Shown here in pieces: positions 48,995 to 62,999 of a DNA stretch of 64,000 bases; position 1 is the first letter of the stretch; each line of letters begins with the position of its first letter. The translations under genes and the position numbers were made by a program. Source of the DNA: Marsupella aquatica (taxonomy: Eukaryota; Plantae; Marchantiophyta). The notes beneath the pieces are model-generated. The model worked only from the letters and a program-made list of their open reading frames with translations. It was not told the origin of the DNA and searched no databases. The DNA is taken from the NCBI GenBank assembly GCA_973895155.1, contig OZ316893.1, positions 12,850,359-12,914,358 of the forward strand. Direction: 5' to 3'.

Positions 48995-51065
48995 CTACTT
49001 AAACTCACGAGTGCTCCTTCCCAACTCTCAATCCATCATTGAAATTTGTTGTCCCTTGACATGAAAAGGAACTATCCATGAAGGGAACTCCAATTGATGT
49101 TCCTGGACATGCTGCCGCCAAGGCGGCCCGGCTCAAGGAGGAGGCTTATGTGATTCGTTACCCAGGGGATGTTTTTACCCTTTTGCCCCTGAGGCCTTTG
49201 GTGCTCTCCACCCTCGTTTTGACCACTTCCTTTGAGCTTGTGTTATGTTTTATATTGAGCGGAGGTCTTTTCCCCTGTTTCTGTCTTCATTGCCTTCTTT
49301 CAACAAAAGGTGTCAGTGGCACTTCAGAGGGCCTAGGCTTTCACTATTCTTTGTAGGGCCGAGGCAGTCGATTTTAGGGCCTCTAGACAAATTCCCTCCG
49401 TGACCCTCCTACCTGCCCTCCTATGCGGTTTACTCCATAGCTCTACCAGACTTTTCAATTAAAGTCAGGTAGGGTTTTTAGTTTGTTTTTGCTTCTTAGC
49501 TTTTTTGTTGTGTGGGAAACTCCTTGGCTTGGTGTGTCTCTTTGGTCTTCTTGTGGTCTTTCCCTTCCCCCTTTTCTTGGGTTCTTTTGCCTTTTGTGAT
49601 CTGTCTCCAGGTTCGGCTATCTTTTGGGCTATCTTTTTGACACTTTGATATATATAATAACTGAGTGATTTGAGACCACTTATCGTTGTGGGGGACTTAG
49701 TCTCGCATTCTCAGTGGAGTCGATGGAGGAACGTTAAGAGCAGCATTTTAGTAGTTGAGTCAAAGCTCGGAATAGGATTCATAACTCTACTATAAAACAA
49801 AAAGTTCAGTGGATCTCATCTGAATTTAAAAGGTAATGATGAAGTATGACACGTGAAAAAGACTGTGATTTAAGCAAAACTACTATTTGGAAGTTGTATG
49901 CGAGCTGCGACTATCATGCTCGAGGCTTGCTTAATTACTCGTCCGGGTTGCAAGAGTTTTGGGTGCGCGATACTTGTCTTGATCTGTTCTATTCTTTCTT
50001 GTGTGGATTCGATACTCGGAGGTGGACTGGGAGAAACTCAGTCAAGCAACTAGGCAGCTCTCCTGTTCTTCCATTCTAATTGTTGCGTGGCTGGAGATTG
50101 AGTTCAGCTCTCGGTTGAGCTGGTTTTGCGAGCTGTGGGTCTTAGTTAGGAACATGGATGAGGCGCAGGTGTGGGCGTTGGTCATCATGAAGAATTAGTC
50201 ACAGTGTGACATTGGTGGTTGGAGTGGTGACTTTTCCATGATGGTAATCTGCGTGAGATCGATAGCATGGTTGGCGCAAGCAAATGAGGAAGGGAGGGAG
50301 GACTACAGAGTACGCAGGCATGACTGAATGCTGGTGCTGCCCAGTTGGTTCCAATTCAAAGATGATGGCATGCTGAGATCCTGCCAGGAGACGCGATGGT
50401 GGTGACTCGTCCTTGCGGTGAGGTGCGGTGAGGTGTTGGCAGACTAGCCAGACACTATGGTTTGGACGAAGTATTGATTGACTTCATTAAGTATTGATGA
50501 CTTCATTTTAATTGGTTGTAATCTAGGCCTTTATCGTCAAAGTACGTATCGTGTCGACACGACAAATGTGCTAAAGCAAGTGCTGGAGTTTCCTGCAATC
50601 TAAAAAGTGAGTCGAAGGAAAGCTGGTTTTCGTCAGCTGCTCCTGCTCCCTCAGAACGATCCTAGCAACATGGATCAAGCTTCTTGCGTTCTTAAACGAA
50701 GGGTACGTAGTATGTTTGGTGGAGTCACTGTTGCATGTGGCCAACGGCTATATCTGACTTGAACGGACAAGCAGCCACCACAGGGAACACTCAATAATTA
50801 CTGGCGCCACGTTTCTGTGGAATTGTTCAATGATCTGATGCTGGTGTCCTCATCCAAACGACCAAACGAGTGTGTTTTATTCCGAACTCGAGTTTGGACT
50901 CATGTACGTGATGAACGAGCAAGAGGAGGGGAGTGGCATGGAAAACTTTCTTGCTGACGTCTTACTTCGTCTACATTACGACCTTTTCGCACTTTTCGAG
51001 TGACGGAAGAAACAAGTGGAGAGGCAGCCAGAAGCCGAGAACTTGATCTACACTCGCCGCTGTTG

Positions 51066-51268
51066 AAAAAGAAAGTGATTTGCACTCGAGTGTGTTTGTG
51101 GTTGCCGCTCGGCCGCTCCTGAAAGAGAAAGTGATTTGCACTCGAGTGCCTTTGTTGATTCCGCCTTGAAGGAGAAAGTGATTTGCACTCGAGTATTTGT
51201 GGTTGCCTCCTTTTCGCGAGAAAGTGATTTGCACTCGAGTATTTGTGGTTGCCTCCTTTTCGCGAGAA
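51066..51268. repeat. ~46-56-bp tandem repeat, 4 copies
   Basis: GAAAGTGATTTGCACTCGAGT starts near 51071, 51127, 51174 and 51220. Confidence 0.8.
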
Positions 51269-52168
51269 GCCACGGGATAGGATAGTAGATGAGAGAGGAG
51301 AGAGGGGAGAGGGGTGGTGTGGAGCGGAGGGAAGAAGCCAGCTCACTGGAGAGGAACGTGTAGAGGGGAACCTATGGCCGCAACACAGGGGGCTTATGGT
51401 GTGTAACCCCGACGGCGGTGAGCCCGAGGGGGTTACAGCCATGGCCCCCGAGTGGCCATGAAATAACAAGGGTTACTCTATTATGATTTAATAGCCCAAT
51501 ACTTACTTTCATCATCTGCTCTCTATTACATTAAAGCAATAATTTCCACTACACTCCTCTTTCACAACATGAATAATTCAAAAGATCGTCACGATTTCAT
51601 CGGTACCAAGAGACAGCTTCGGAATGAAGACAATCCAATCGGTCGCATGAACAGAAACAAAGGTAACCTAAAGTTGGAACAACCTTTTCAACTGTACCAT
51701 TGAAAAGCTTACATTGTGTCGAGGGGACATCTTAAACTGTTTTTGCGAGACAAGTGAACTACATGATGAAGCCCTTTGGTTCAACACCGTCGTGTCCAAC
51801 AGCTCACTTCGCAGATAATAGATGTCACACATCAAGCAGAACGTGAGGCGAGGAAAGAAGCTCAAGACTTAACCTGGGCTCAGTGAATGATAGGAGCATT
51901 TACATTTAGTTGAGCCTTTTTCAGTGGAGTTTTTGAACCCATTCTGATTACTAAAATCTAGTATACAACCTCTGGAGGGTACTCTGATGAGTTTTGCCTA
52001 CCCAGCTACAAAGGTGGTCAAATTGGACATGCGACAGGTTTCCAAGTAATGTTCGACAATCCACCTCGGTTGTAATTGTCAAGAGTACTGTAGGCAAACA
52101 GTGTCCGTACCCTTACTCGTGATGAGCGAACCAAAGAACCACGGCGCATTGATGTTATTCCTGACTCA

Positions 52169-55100
52169 TTAGAGAGTGTTCATAGTTGTTGAAAATCCAT
52201 ACTTTGAAGGAGATACTCTCATCATATGCCCGTCTTCATTGTTGGATTGTAAAGTAGCTCGATATTGCATGTATCGCTTGTGCCTCACTGCAACGACACA
52301 ATCAGCAAAGATAATCTTAGCTGCAGTCTTGTTAGCAAGCTGGATGGAATCACCCTCCAGATTTAATGTCAACATTTGGTATCAACTCGAGCTGCCATTT
52401 TCCACGGACGTATCACTTTAAATGTGATGGGCAGTCACTTTCCACTAGCGTGATTTACAACAATTCTTGGGACTTCAAGTGTCAAGAAAAGGTACACTTA
52501 CTCGCAAGTTGATGAGGAAGTCCAAAGTTGTAATCATCTTGGTCATGCTTCCTTTTGATGTAAATCCATATCAGCCCGGCGAGCAGAGCCACTGCTGCCA
52601 AAACTCCAAAAGCCGTCCCCACTTTAGCTCCAGCTGACATCCCTCCTTTACTCCAGAAACTGGGGCAAGCCGGTAGAGATGGTATTCCACAGAGCCCTTT
52701 GTTCAAAGACAAGCTGCAGCAACGCAATGGAGAGAGCCGACACATTACAATATTATCAGCAAAAGGGACAAATTTACAATCAAGTCAAAAGCATTGGGTT
52801 AGCTACAGACCACAATTGCTACAATAACAACAAGCAATCAGATGTGCCCTTTCACAAAAGATAAACGAGACGTCTCATTTCTTTGCCTTGAAGAACCGCA
52901 TAAAAACTCTTAGGAGGCTAGTGAAAACACTCATTGCTTCCATATACTGCATAACATATTCAAAACAGAACTTACTTGATAAATCCACCTTCTACACCGA
53001 TTGAATACAGTGATTCAGGCACTTGCCCACTCAATTGGTTCTCATTCAAAAGCCTGTAGTGGTCAGCAAACTATTAGCCGGCAATCAAAGGATGAGGTGT
53101 GAGAAAAAGCATGGGATGCGACTTCATTGGTTTCCCCTTTCCTTTGACACATATGAACACGCCAGGTTACCCCACCTGTTAGCAAAACATGGCACAAATG
53201 TTGACAGGGCAACTCAGCAGAAAAGGTTTTGAACGTACACTTTTACTAGCTGCGGCGAGCCCAGGCTATCTGGAATTATTCCAATGAGACTGTTGGTTGA
53301 TAAATCCCTGCACGTACATTTGCATTTAAGGCCATATATATTAGCTTGCATCTCCTTGATTTGGAGCTGAGTTCCCCTCACTGATAAGAACAACAATGCT
53401 TCAACAATAAATTTACTCTGGGGCCCAAGTCGTCATGAATTGTGGGAAAATTCTCAAACTACTATTGTTTTGGTTTGTAGAGAGTACGGATGAATTTACA
53501 TCTCGGTGCTCTTTTAAACGTGCTCTCCATAAATCCACATTGCCATCATACTGTAAATATTTTGACATACAGGAAGACTGAAAGTGGATGCATAAGAACT
53601 CACACACTCTCAAGGATTTTGCCTCCTAGCCCTGCCGGAATGCTACCACCAATCTGATTATTACTCAAATTCCTGCACAAAGTTATTCAGAACCACCAAT
53701 ATAAGAAAAAATCTATCGAATGAACTTCACCACAGATGCAGAGGCAAATGAAATGAAGCTATTAATGAGAGACTTCAATAACATCTATGTGACAGAATCC
53801 ACAGCTAGAGTAAACCTTACTCACAGATAAAGGAGGTAACTTAATGACGTGATTGAGTCACTAACTATCCCAGTGAGTCCTTGATTTGATAAGTCTCTGC
53901 AGAACAGGGCCCACCACTTGCCATCTTAGAAGCCTCGGACACTTTACCAGAGAAGAAATGCAAGACAAGTGCATGAAATAAAGCGAAAATTGCAACAGAA
54001 TAAAGCGTGTAGCTTGACAATCAGCGAACTACTACTCAATCTGGAAACATGAACAAATATAGCATTTTTATTAATTGTTTCCCTCGTTCGCTATATTATG
54101 CACTCACAAGCGGCTGACTACAAGAGCTTTTCCGTCATTGCTGAGAGTGCAGCTCACTCCATCCCAGGCATCCCAAGACGAAGGAGCACACGGGTCTCCA
54201 TTCCATCCCATTCTGTCAGGAATCTGCAACGATGTCTTCAAATTTTGCATCGCCAAACCTGCGTCAAAACAATAATGATATAAGCGAGCCAGCAGACCGC
54301 CAGAACTCCCAACCTCCAGCAATGGGGAGCGGTTGGGACCTTGTTCATCCTGGTTCCATTCCCCAGATATAAAGCTTTCAGAGAATCAAAAATACTCGGC
54401 TAATTTTTCCCATTCCTCGATAGTCAAACGTCACACTGAAAGTCTCTACGGTCATAAGCTCACACACTGCTCACAGTCAACCAGTTCCAATTAATGTGAA
54501 AGTCTAAGACGAACCTTCCGCTGGATCCGTTGCAATTTCCGTAGGCAGTATGGCGAGGATTTCTAATCCACTCACGAGAGGCACTCCCGCAAAAGGAATG
54601 AATTTGAAGTGCAAGTGTGTATCAGAAAGGTTCTTCATTGTGTAGTTCAAATCGTAAGCTGCATAGTTCCCAACCGCTGCAAAGATGTCCACCTTTGGAA
54701 ATACCAACACGCCATTCACTTGAATATCAAAAACGCGTTGCCCAGGTGCACTGATAGTAGGATCGATCTCCGCAAAATGCAGCCAAATCATGTAATCCGA
54801 GCTGGAATCAACTCTAAAAAAGTAGTCGATCTCAGGGTTGGGCTGCATCTGAAGAGTCCGAGCTGATTGATAAAGTTCGGTTGGAAAATAGTTGGGCGCC
54901 ACATTTGAGTTCCTAATTGGCTCAGTTGTCCTCAAAAATTGTTTACTTGTTGGAGAGTACATGGTGTCGTCTTCCCAAGCCCGACCGCCCACATCTGAAT
55001 TGTTGGTCAAGCCTGCTCCAAACGAGGTGTTCCCTCCTGTGAGCCGACCATAGTTCACTAAAATGACATTCTGCCCTGTTGTGGTAGATTCATAAGACAG

Positions 55101-57901
55101 AGGGTCGACCTCCACAATCTCCAAGGCCCCAATCAGAGGGGCATCTGTAGACAAACTGTAGAAACATACTGACGCTTCGCCATCTTGGACGTAAGTAATG
55201 AGATCCGAGTAGCCCCCGATATCGGCGACGTTGCCGGCCCATGGAGACCTCCAGCTGAACACTACAGTGTTTTCCACAGATACGTCAAAGTTCGGAGCTA
55301 GCCGCTTGTTGTCGTAATCATTGTACACGAAAAACATCCGGACGAAATACCTTCCGTTTGGCACGGGAACGAGATAGCAATGCTTCTTGCCTCCAGTCGT
55401 AGGGAAGTAACGAATTGTGCGTTCTGCTCTCTGTGAAAAGTTGCCCGGTTGTGAGACCGACGACGCTGAGCCCCCTGTAAAGAACGAGTCCTGGATCCAT
55501 GCCTCATTGTACTGATCTGTAAAATTGATGAATCCTCCAGCATCAATTCGGATCACAACCCCTGCGGTGACAACGAAACAAACTATCAATCAACGGGAAA
55601 ATTCATACCGGATAGAAGAACCATTACGGGTAGAAGGCATCCAGGGCCGCCAATTTTTCATTGTGAGAGCTCCTTAAGGTCAACTTTTCCTCACCAAAAT
55701 ATCAATGCAGAACTCTCACTTTCCGCTTAAACCGGGTGTCTTCATATTATCCCTTTGTGTCCATAATACCAAATGGTGCATTGTGAGATCAAAACTTTGG
55801 AAGATATTTCCCCTGTACTCCTATTTCCAGGTACCTTTACAAGCACCATTGTTGTAGATTTGGTCCCTTGACATTTCAGATAGGCCTGGTTCGCGGTAAC
55901 CTAGGCTTCCCTGAGTCCATTCTTAATTTACTGGATTAGATTATTTCTCTACTTCATTTACTAAATTAGGATACTAGTTCCATATATGAATTATTGGCAG
56001 ACGCCCGAATGCCATTCCGGGAGAAAGACTCTTAATCCACGCTTCCACTCATCCTGACTCCGTTCGATTGAAGACATTTTCATCATCAGCTCGAGTTCGC
56101 GCTAGCATCACAGCCATCGACCACGATATATTCCAAACACACCTTGCACCTTAAATTCATGGGATAGTTGAAGCATACAATAGAACCGGAAGGAGAAGCT
56201 CACCATGACCTTCACCAAGAAGCTAACAGAGTAATCCAGCTCAGAGAGAAAGCGTAAAGAGAACGGAAAATCGGCCAAGAGACGGGTCGCAGGGCAGAAT
56301 GGATTGGAAAACTGATTGGAAATGCCGCTAGTCCAGAACCAAACCCAGAAGCACGGCACCAGCTAGAAAATACTGCAGGAACCAGAGAGCAACTCCAGAG
56401 CAGAGTACAGGCCAAGGAAAACTACTACCTCATAAATAAACGAGGATGTTCCGTTTCCTGCACACATCCCTGGATGCCACTAACCTAATTGGAGCTAAAA
56501 CGCCGAGGCAACTTGGACCACATAGAAGAGGATTAAAAAGTTAAATTTGGGTAGGTCAAATGGCCTGGTGGTGGAGGAGGACAGGGAGACAAGAAATTTG
56601 AGGTCTGTAAGATCCCCTCTGTAAGCGACGAAGACAGCTCCCATGACTGAACTGGCACAAATACAACTAATCCATTGCGAAAACGAAGTTCACAAACAAT
56701 GGAGCTGGAGCATCAGCAGATCCGTCCTATTCATGAACGCAAAACGATGGAATGCAATCCATCCCAGTGGTTCGCCAAACGAAGACACAAGCAACTAAAC
56801 TTTTCCAGATCACGCCAAACGCCGAAATGGAGGCGGTCCCACAGAGAAGCAGAGACGGAAATTTTTGGAAAAGACAAAACTGGGGCAAAAAACCTTTGGA
56901 AAAGACGAAAAAGTCTCTTATTGGACAGTCTAACCATAGGTAAACGCCGAGTCGTAATGGCGTGGGGCATGAACTTTCAGAAGCCGGTCTGCCCCACATG
57001 ACAACCATCCAGAATTACCCAGCAGACCAATAGTGGGCGTAAAACCAGGCGCAGATCAAAAATATAGTTTTGAATAAGGAATGCAAGTACCAAAGACCGA
57101 GGCATCACAACAAGTCCGCAACAGACACACAAACGCATACAACGTTGGAAGCTTAACGCTGCCAGGGCCAAGAAAGTGAATGTCTTCTCGTCATGACTGC
57201 AAATACTCCCGCACTTCAATGGCCCTCCACACAACTCGCAGGTGAGGCGACATCTCCAACAAACGACCACAGTCGAATTTTCAGCTCAATAGACTACACA
57301 GGAGCAGACAATCGTCCAAATTCTGCCCTTCCAAAAACGGACGTACTTAGTTTACGAAATCTGATAAATAGTCACCGCTGCCGCTCCGAGTAAAGTAGTA
57401 AGGTCATGTCCACATTCCTCTCCCCACCAGATAGGGGAGATTTTCAAGGCTTACCAAGTCCTTTCTGTTTGTTGGCAAATCCCACATGCTGGAACAAAAC
57501 TTCAATTCATTCACCTTCCCTTCCGCTACTACACTCTCGTAATGACATCGGAGAAATTGATCCCTCATACTTCACCCGCAGCACCTTCCTCCCAGTGCTA
57601 AAACCCGTAGCGAATCTCGACAATGTGGCCATTCCGGGATGGCGCTCGGATTCCCCCTCCTTCTCCTCCTCTTCATCTTCCTCCGTCGAAGACTCGCAGA
57701 AGACAGAAGAGAAAGAAGAACAAGAAGAAAAGGAAGTCCCATTGGAAAAGAAGTAGGAAAGATGGGGAAGAAGAAAACAGAAAGAATAAGCATTTGTCTA
57801 CCTTGAGCAGAAGCCGTCGTCGAGAAAATAACGAAATGCAGGAAAAGCAGCGGCAACAACAGCTGCATCCACGACAACCCAGTCCAGCCGAAACGCTCCA
57901 T
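52169..57901 (-). CDS. RLP4: Malectin-like/LRR/transmembrane receptor-like protein (RLP4-like, no kinase); exons 57901-57802, 55561-54515, 54258-54108, 53896-53825, 53672-53604, 53307-53239, 53053-52976, 52713-52502, 52287-52169
   Basis: Signal-peptide exon; malectin-like domain (IRIDAGG, GRYFVRMFFVY, LHFAEI); LRRNT GWNGDPCAP; short LRR exons (DLSNQGLTG, NLSNNQIGG, DLSTNSLIG); TM helix then DYNFGLP. All junctions are GT-AG with consistent phases. Confidence 0.88.
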
Positions 57902-60900
57902 GGTGCGCCTCCTCACTTCCTAGCTCCACCTGCTTACTACTGTAATTCCGCTACTGCTTGGCTGCTGGCCCTGCTCCTGCTCGACCTCCATCTCCAGCTC
58001 CAGCTAGATCTGCTGCTGCATTCCTCTCATCAGCAGCTCCTCCTCCTCCTCCTCCTCTACCTCCTACTGCTACCACTGCTGCAACATTCTCCTGTCCCAC
58101 CGCTGCCGTGCCAGACGGCTGTCTCCAAGTCCTATCAATCTGTCACAAATCACCTCACCTCTCGTGCTGTAATGGGGCGGCTTTGTCAGCAGCCCTCCCT
58201 ACTGCTGCTGCTCTTCGCAAGCAGAGCAAAGGCCGCCATCTCGACACGACACCGACGACACCGTGCTCTTTCCTTCACGTTCACACGCAAGAGGAGGCCG
58301 GTGCCCGAGGTTGCACGAGAAACGAAATGCTTCACTCACAATGCGTCCACCACGACGACGATGAGAACATCACTGATTCACTGATTCACTGCCTCTGCAC
58401 TCGGGAACGACGCAGAAGAAGCGCGCCGAATGTGATGGATGACGAGTGGGAAAGACGCAGAAGCGGAGCGAATTGCGGGCCTCGAGCTTCTCCCCTTCTC
58501 AGTCTCCGTTGCTCTCGCATCTCTCGCATCTACTGTACTACTCTACTACTACTACTATTGCAGCACTGCAGTGTAGTGTAGTACCTCGAGCTTCGCTCCT
58601 TTTCGTCCCCACTAAGGCCTCTCAAATATGGAAAACAAACGCACCTAAAGCTTCTCTCCTTTTCTTCTCCACTAGGGTCTCTTAAATATTGAAGGGAAAA
58701 AAAAAAAAAATTGTCTGTTGTGGAGCTTGTTCTTTTTCATCTCCACTAGTGCATCTCAAATATTGAAGAAAAACTAAAACCCTGGAGCTTCCTCCTTTTC
58801 ATCTGCGCGTTTCTTGATAATTGGGCGTAGGTTGCTCCCGCCTTGGCCTTGTGTTTCGTTGTGGACCTTTGGCTTATACTGTCTGACTCGGTCATGGGAG
58901 TGAAGAACCACCCTAAACCCGTTTCAGGTCCAGTTCCGTCATGCACGGTCATTATTGTCGGTGGACGTGCAAAGCATTGTCCCTGCATTTGAAGGGGTTG
59001 TTTTGGATAGCCCGGATCGAGTCCAACTAGTGATCTCTGATTGCATGCACCGACATACCCTTTCTAGCATGCTTCTGAGACACCCTCGGATTCGGTTCAG
59101 GCAAGTCTCTTATCCGGCCATGGAAAGGCTTGTCCACACACTTGTGACTGCAGACCCAAACTGTACATTCAGGCCCAGGATCTTCTTGCAACCTATAAAG
59201 GGTTGCAACTCCCTAATAATAGGGCATCTCAAAGATAGCCTATTGTATTCCCAATGGACACCTGGTACTTTCGTGATGCGGGTCGCCCAAATCAGGTGGT
59301 TGGCCCACCAAGTTCATCATCACAAATTTCTTACCAGGTTTGTTAATGATCCAAACTTACACTATGTCTGTCACAGACTGACTTAATTCAGGTTTGAGGC
59401 AAGGTTCAACCCCGTTTTTGGAGCACTCAATTTTGCATCCCAGTGTTCATTTTTGGGAAGCGATCTGAGGCATCCGGGTGACCGGAAGGAGCTCGCAAAT
59501 CTATAGGGTCGAGACAGCCTAATTAATCACTGGTTAAAATGAAGAAGAAGAAAAACCTTGAAATTTCCCTCTGGGTGGCCGCCAATAACCAAACCATTTT
59601 TTGTCCTCCATTAACCAGACCGGCGCGCCGGACAAACCCTGATCAGCGAGTGTCCCGCCATATCGCCACCCGCAAACAGCGCAGCACCCTCACTCTAACT
59701 AAAAGCAGAATTGACCGATTTTGTCGTCTCTGCGTGATCCTTGTCGTCTAGGCAAATCCCTTTGTTGACCAGTTTTGTCGTCTCTGGCCCCGTCTCTGTC
59801 CCGATCTAGAGTAGAGAGGAACCCTGTGTCGTCTAGCAAGCAGCAACGCCCTCACGGTGTCGTCTAGTGCATCCATACTCCCCCGCTTGAGCCACTCTGT
59901 CGTCACCACCTGTGGCAAATCCAGCGCGCCGCGTGTGGCGAGGACTTGGAAATCGGCTCACCGGTCACCGAGCCGCTCACGTCTCCAAAAACCGTGGACC
60001 GCAGATCTTAATTTGGCGGCCAATTATATAAAATAAATAATAGATGGTGCTATTGGTGATGGAGTTCATAGGTGGTGACTTTTTTGCCGAGCCCACAAAT
60101 TGTGGACAGATTCTGCCAAACAGCTCACCGGTATGGAGTGAACGATCTCAAATATTTATAATCCGGGTACATAGTTGTCGGCCCCTCAACTCGGTTTTTT
60201 TCCCTCTGGGGGGGCGGGCGGCAGGGGTAAAAAGACCAAAGAACGGAGTTAGGTACAGGCCTAAATTATGCAGTTCATTTGTGTACCCATCCTTGTGATG
60301 GTTTAATGTTTATAAGGAAGTTAATATTACCTAAAGACTGGAAATTTTGAATTCCCAAATAACTCTTTGCAGTCCTCCAAATTCTATCATTTTCATTTCA
60401 AGGCATAATATCCAAGGATGGTCTACAATCTATTTCTGACTCCAACATCAGTAACTCTTCTACTACCACAATAAGCTTTCAGAGTCTGTCTTTGTCAATT
60501 TGTCACAAAGTTCCATATTGTCCCCGATATTGTCCTGAGGACTTCAATTACTATATATTCATGACACTCATATAAATAGCACACTGCAAAAGAACAGTCG
60601 CCCAAACAGGAGTCATGGTCCCACAAGCGAAAGACTGAATCAAGGGGAGGGCAAAAAAACCCTAAACCCTATCTCTTGACACTTTCTCCATTATTTTCAA
60701 AATTTTACAAGCTTTACGAATCTAGACACTCAAGCACATAAAATCAGCGGTGTCATCTAATCAGCGGTGTCACACTTTAGAGTTGAACTTGCTCTGTGAT
60801 GTCGTACAAGAGGTTGCTTAAACTCCCTGAATACGGATTTTGAGCAACTCATCAATTGAATATGCAAAACAAGTTCAACCTTTTTCTTTCTCCAACTCAT

Positions 60901-62538
60901 TCCCATAAGGACTGTAGAAGCATTAAGCAACTCACCTTTTGGGGGCTCAGACTCATGTCAGTTGCAAGTCTAGAACATGCCCTATTCTATCTCATCAAAC
61001 TCTTTCTGGATTGTCTGAGTTGGAGTGGAGTTTAGGGTTTAGGTCCTCCACTCCAACTCATTGTAAAGAATGTTGCCGTCTAGGTGTGGGCCAATTTTTA
61101 AGCGTCAACTCATTTTACAAAGTGGTTTTAAAAGTTGCTAACCACACCTGCCCCTTTAAAAGCTACAGGTTGCCCGTAGTTACCATTAAAAGGAATGCGA
61201 AAAAAGGGGGGAGTCTTGGAACACTTTTCCCTTATATATGGCCAGTGGTGGCTTAAAGCCCCTAATGTGTTAAAGACATGTGACTACAAACATGAGGGGT
61301 AGTCATGAGAACACAAACCAAGGGGGGACAAGAGGGTGTCTCAATCTTTGCAGTTCTTGTTTGCAGTGTTACAGGCTACTGATTGCAAAATGTCTTGCCC
61401 GGATGTGGCTTCCTGGCATGCGTATCCAAGTGGGGGTGAACTTTGAGAGGGCTCGTAGCCAGTCCGCATGCCGTTTGGTAAAAAGCCCTGGGCGAAAAGA
61501 GCAGTCGCCAATTGAGTGTACTGTGCACATTAAGTCTCAGTCCCACACCACACACTCTTGGCCCCACTAAAACAGGAGCTTGCGTTGGGAGGCAAAGCAG
61601 ACTAGACATGAAAGTTGAGTTCCAAGTGCACTTGATCTCTACTCTATCACTTGAAGTACTTTGGAATTGGTTCTAAGGTTTGAGACCCTCACCACAAACC
61701 CTTGGCCCAACTAAAAGCCAGGGTCTTCTAAGGTTTGAGACTCCCTAATGGTGGTGGAGGAGGCCACCCCAAAGGACTGCAACAAGGCACTGCCCAACAC
61801 CCCCAACACACTGTCCTGACGAGATATGCTGCGCTGCCATGTTGAGCTTTTCTTGGCATGTTTGTGTCTCAGGAAACACAAATTGACAAGGCGAGATCTG
61901 TTTTGTTGCTGTTGTTTTAGGGATGTACAGCATGCTCTCTGTCAACGATATGGGTCTTCATAGTAGGGCTAGGGGTTCAGTACTTCCTTGTTAGATGCAC
62001 CGAACATGACAGAGCTCACCACAAGCTCGTCCACGAATTGCATCTGAAACTGCAATCTGAATCGAACTCAAAAACATCACAAAATCTGGAGCCAGACGAC
62101 GAAGAGGTCACTGACAAGAAGAAGATAGGCCAGTGACGCTTTCAGCTACGCTGCTCTAGTCCTCTCTCTTCTCCTCTGCTGCTGCGTCCTCTGCTCGTGA
62201 GCGTCGCTCTCGCATTCTTTGATGGCAATCACTGTAAGTTGGGGTGGATGGATGTGGTGCTGTAGTATTGTTTTTGATAAGTTTTTAAATGCATGTTTTC
62301 ATTGAGAGTTTGATGAACCCAATTTCCGATTTGAATTTAAACAGTGTTGTCGAATAGTTCAGGTTTGAGCATTGCATTGAAAACTTTGTAATTGGGTTGC
62401 TTCCTCTAATTGCCACACATGCTCAGTCTGCATCACTACCGCCCTCGCCTTCTTAGTTATGGCATGTTGCATGAGATGACCTTGTGGGGATTGAACATGG
62501 TGTCGTCATTCCATTGAATTGCCCAGCGGACTCGGACA

Positions 62539-62711
62539 ATGGGGTGGACGGCGACCGTTGTGATGGCAATGTTGCTTTTCTTGGGAAGTGCGAAATCACA
62601 TGCAAATGATTGGGACGACGAGTTCGAACAAGCTCCGACGATACGGTCTCTCGATGACCGAAGCTTCGAACACGAAACACAAGCAGCCACCGGCCAAACC
62701 ACTGGATCATG
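62539..62711 (+). CDS. First coding exon of a secreted/ER thioredoxin-domain (PDI/TXNDC-like) protein; the rest lies downstream, probably outside the window
   Basis: Signal peptide, then LDDRSFEHETQAATGQTTGSW, the segment that precedes FYAPWCGHC in this thioredoxin subfamily. Probable donor TG|GTTGGT at 62711/62712. Confidence 0.7.
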
Positions 62712-62999
62712 GTTGGTTTCTTCATTCTCTCTCACCTGCAGTCTCAGTTATACAACTTGGACTGCTCAGCGTTACCTGTGTACAGGCGGGGCCGGGCACT
62801 CGAACCCCGTTCATATACCGAGAGACTTATGATGCCTTCTATGTTTACTAAGAGGAATTTTGGAGTCCCTTTCTGAGACTGTAAATATTTCACTCTGCGA
62901 GGTCGAAAGCATCCTACCCGAACCATGCGGAGAGCTTTAAGTTCCTTTTGAAATGGAGTTTGTGAACTCCTTCCTTTGGAGTCTCCCGCCGAACGGGCA

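Noticed and set aside
57623-58581. Long plus-strand ORFs (253 aa and 207 aa)
   Set aside because: Low-complexity CTC/CTG microsatellite translations, antisense to the first exon and 5' UTR of the RLP gene.
58746-59450. Possible LINE endonuclease remnant
   Set aside because: Only faint motif resemblance across broken frames; not enough support.
62786-62815. tRNA-like T-arm/acceptor (minus strand GGGGTTCGAGTGCCCGGCCCCGCC)
   Set aside because: No matching D-arm, anticodon arm or 5' acceptor strand; at most a fragment.
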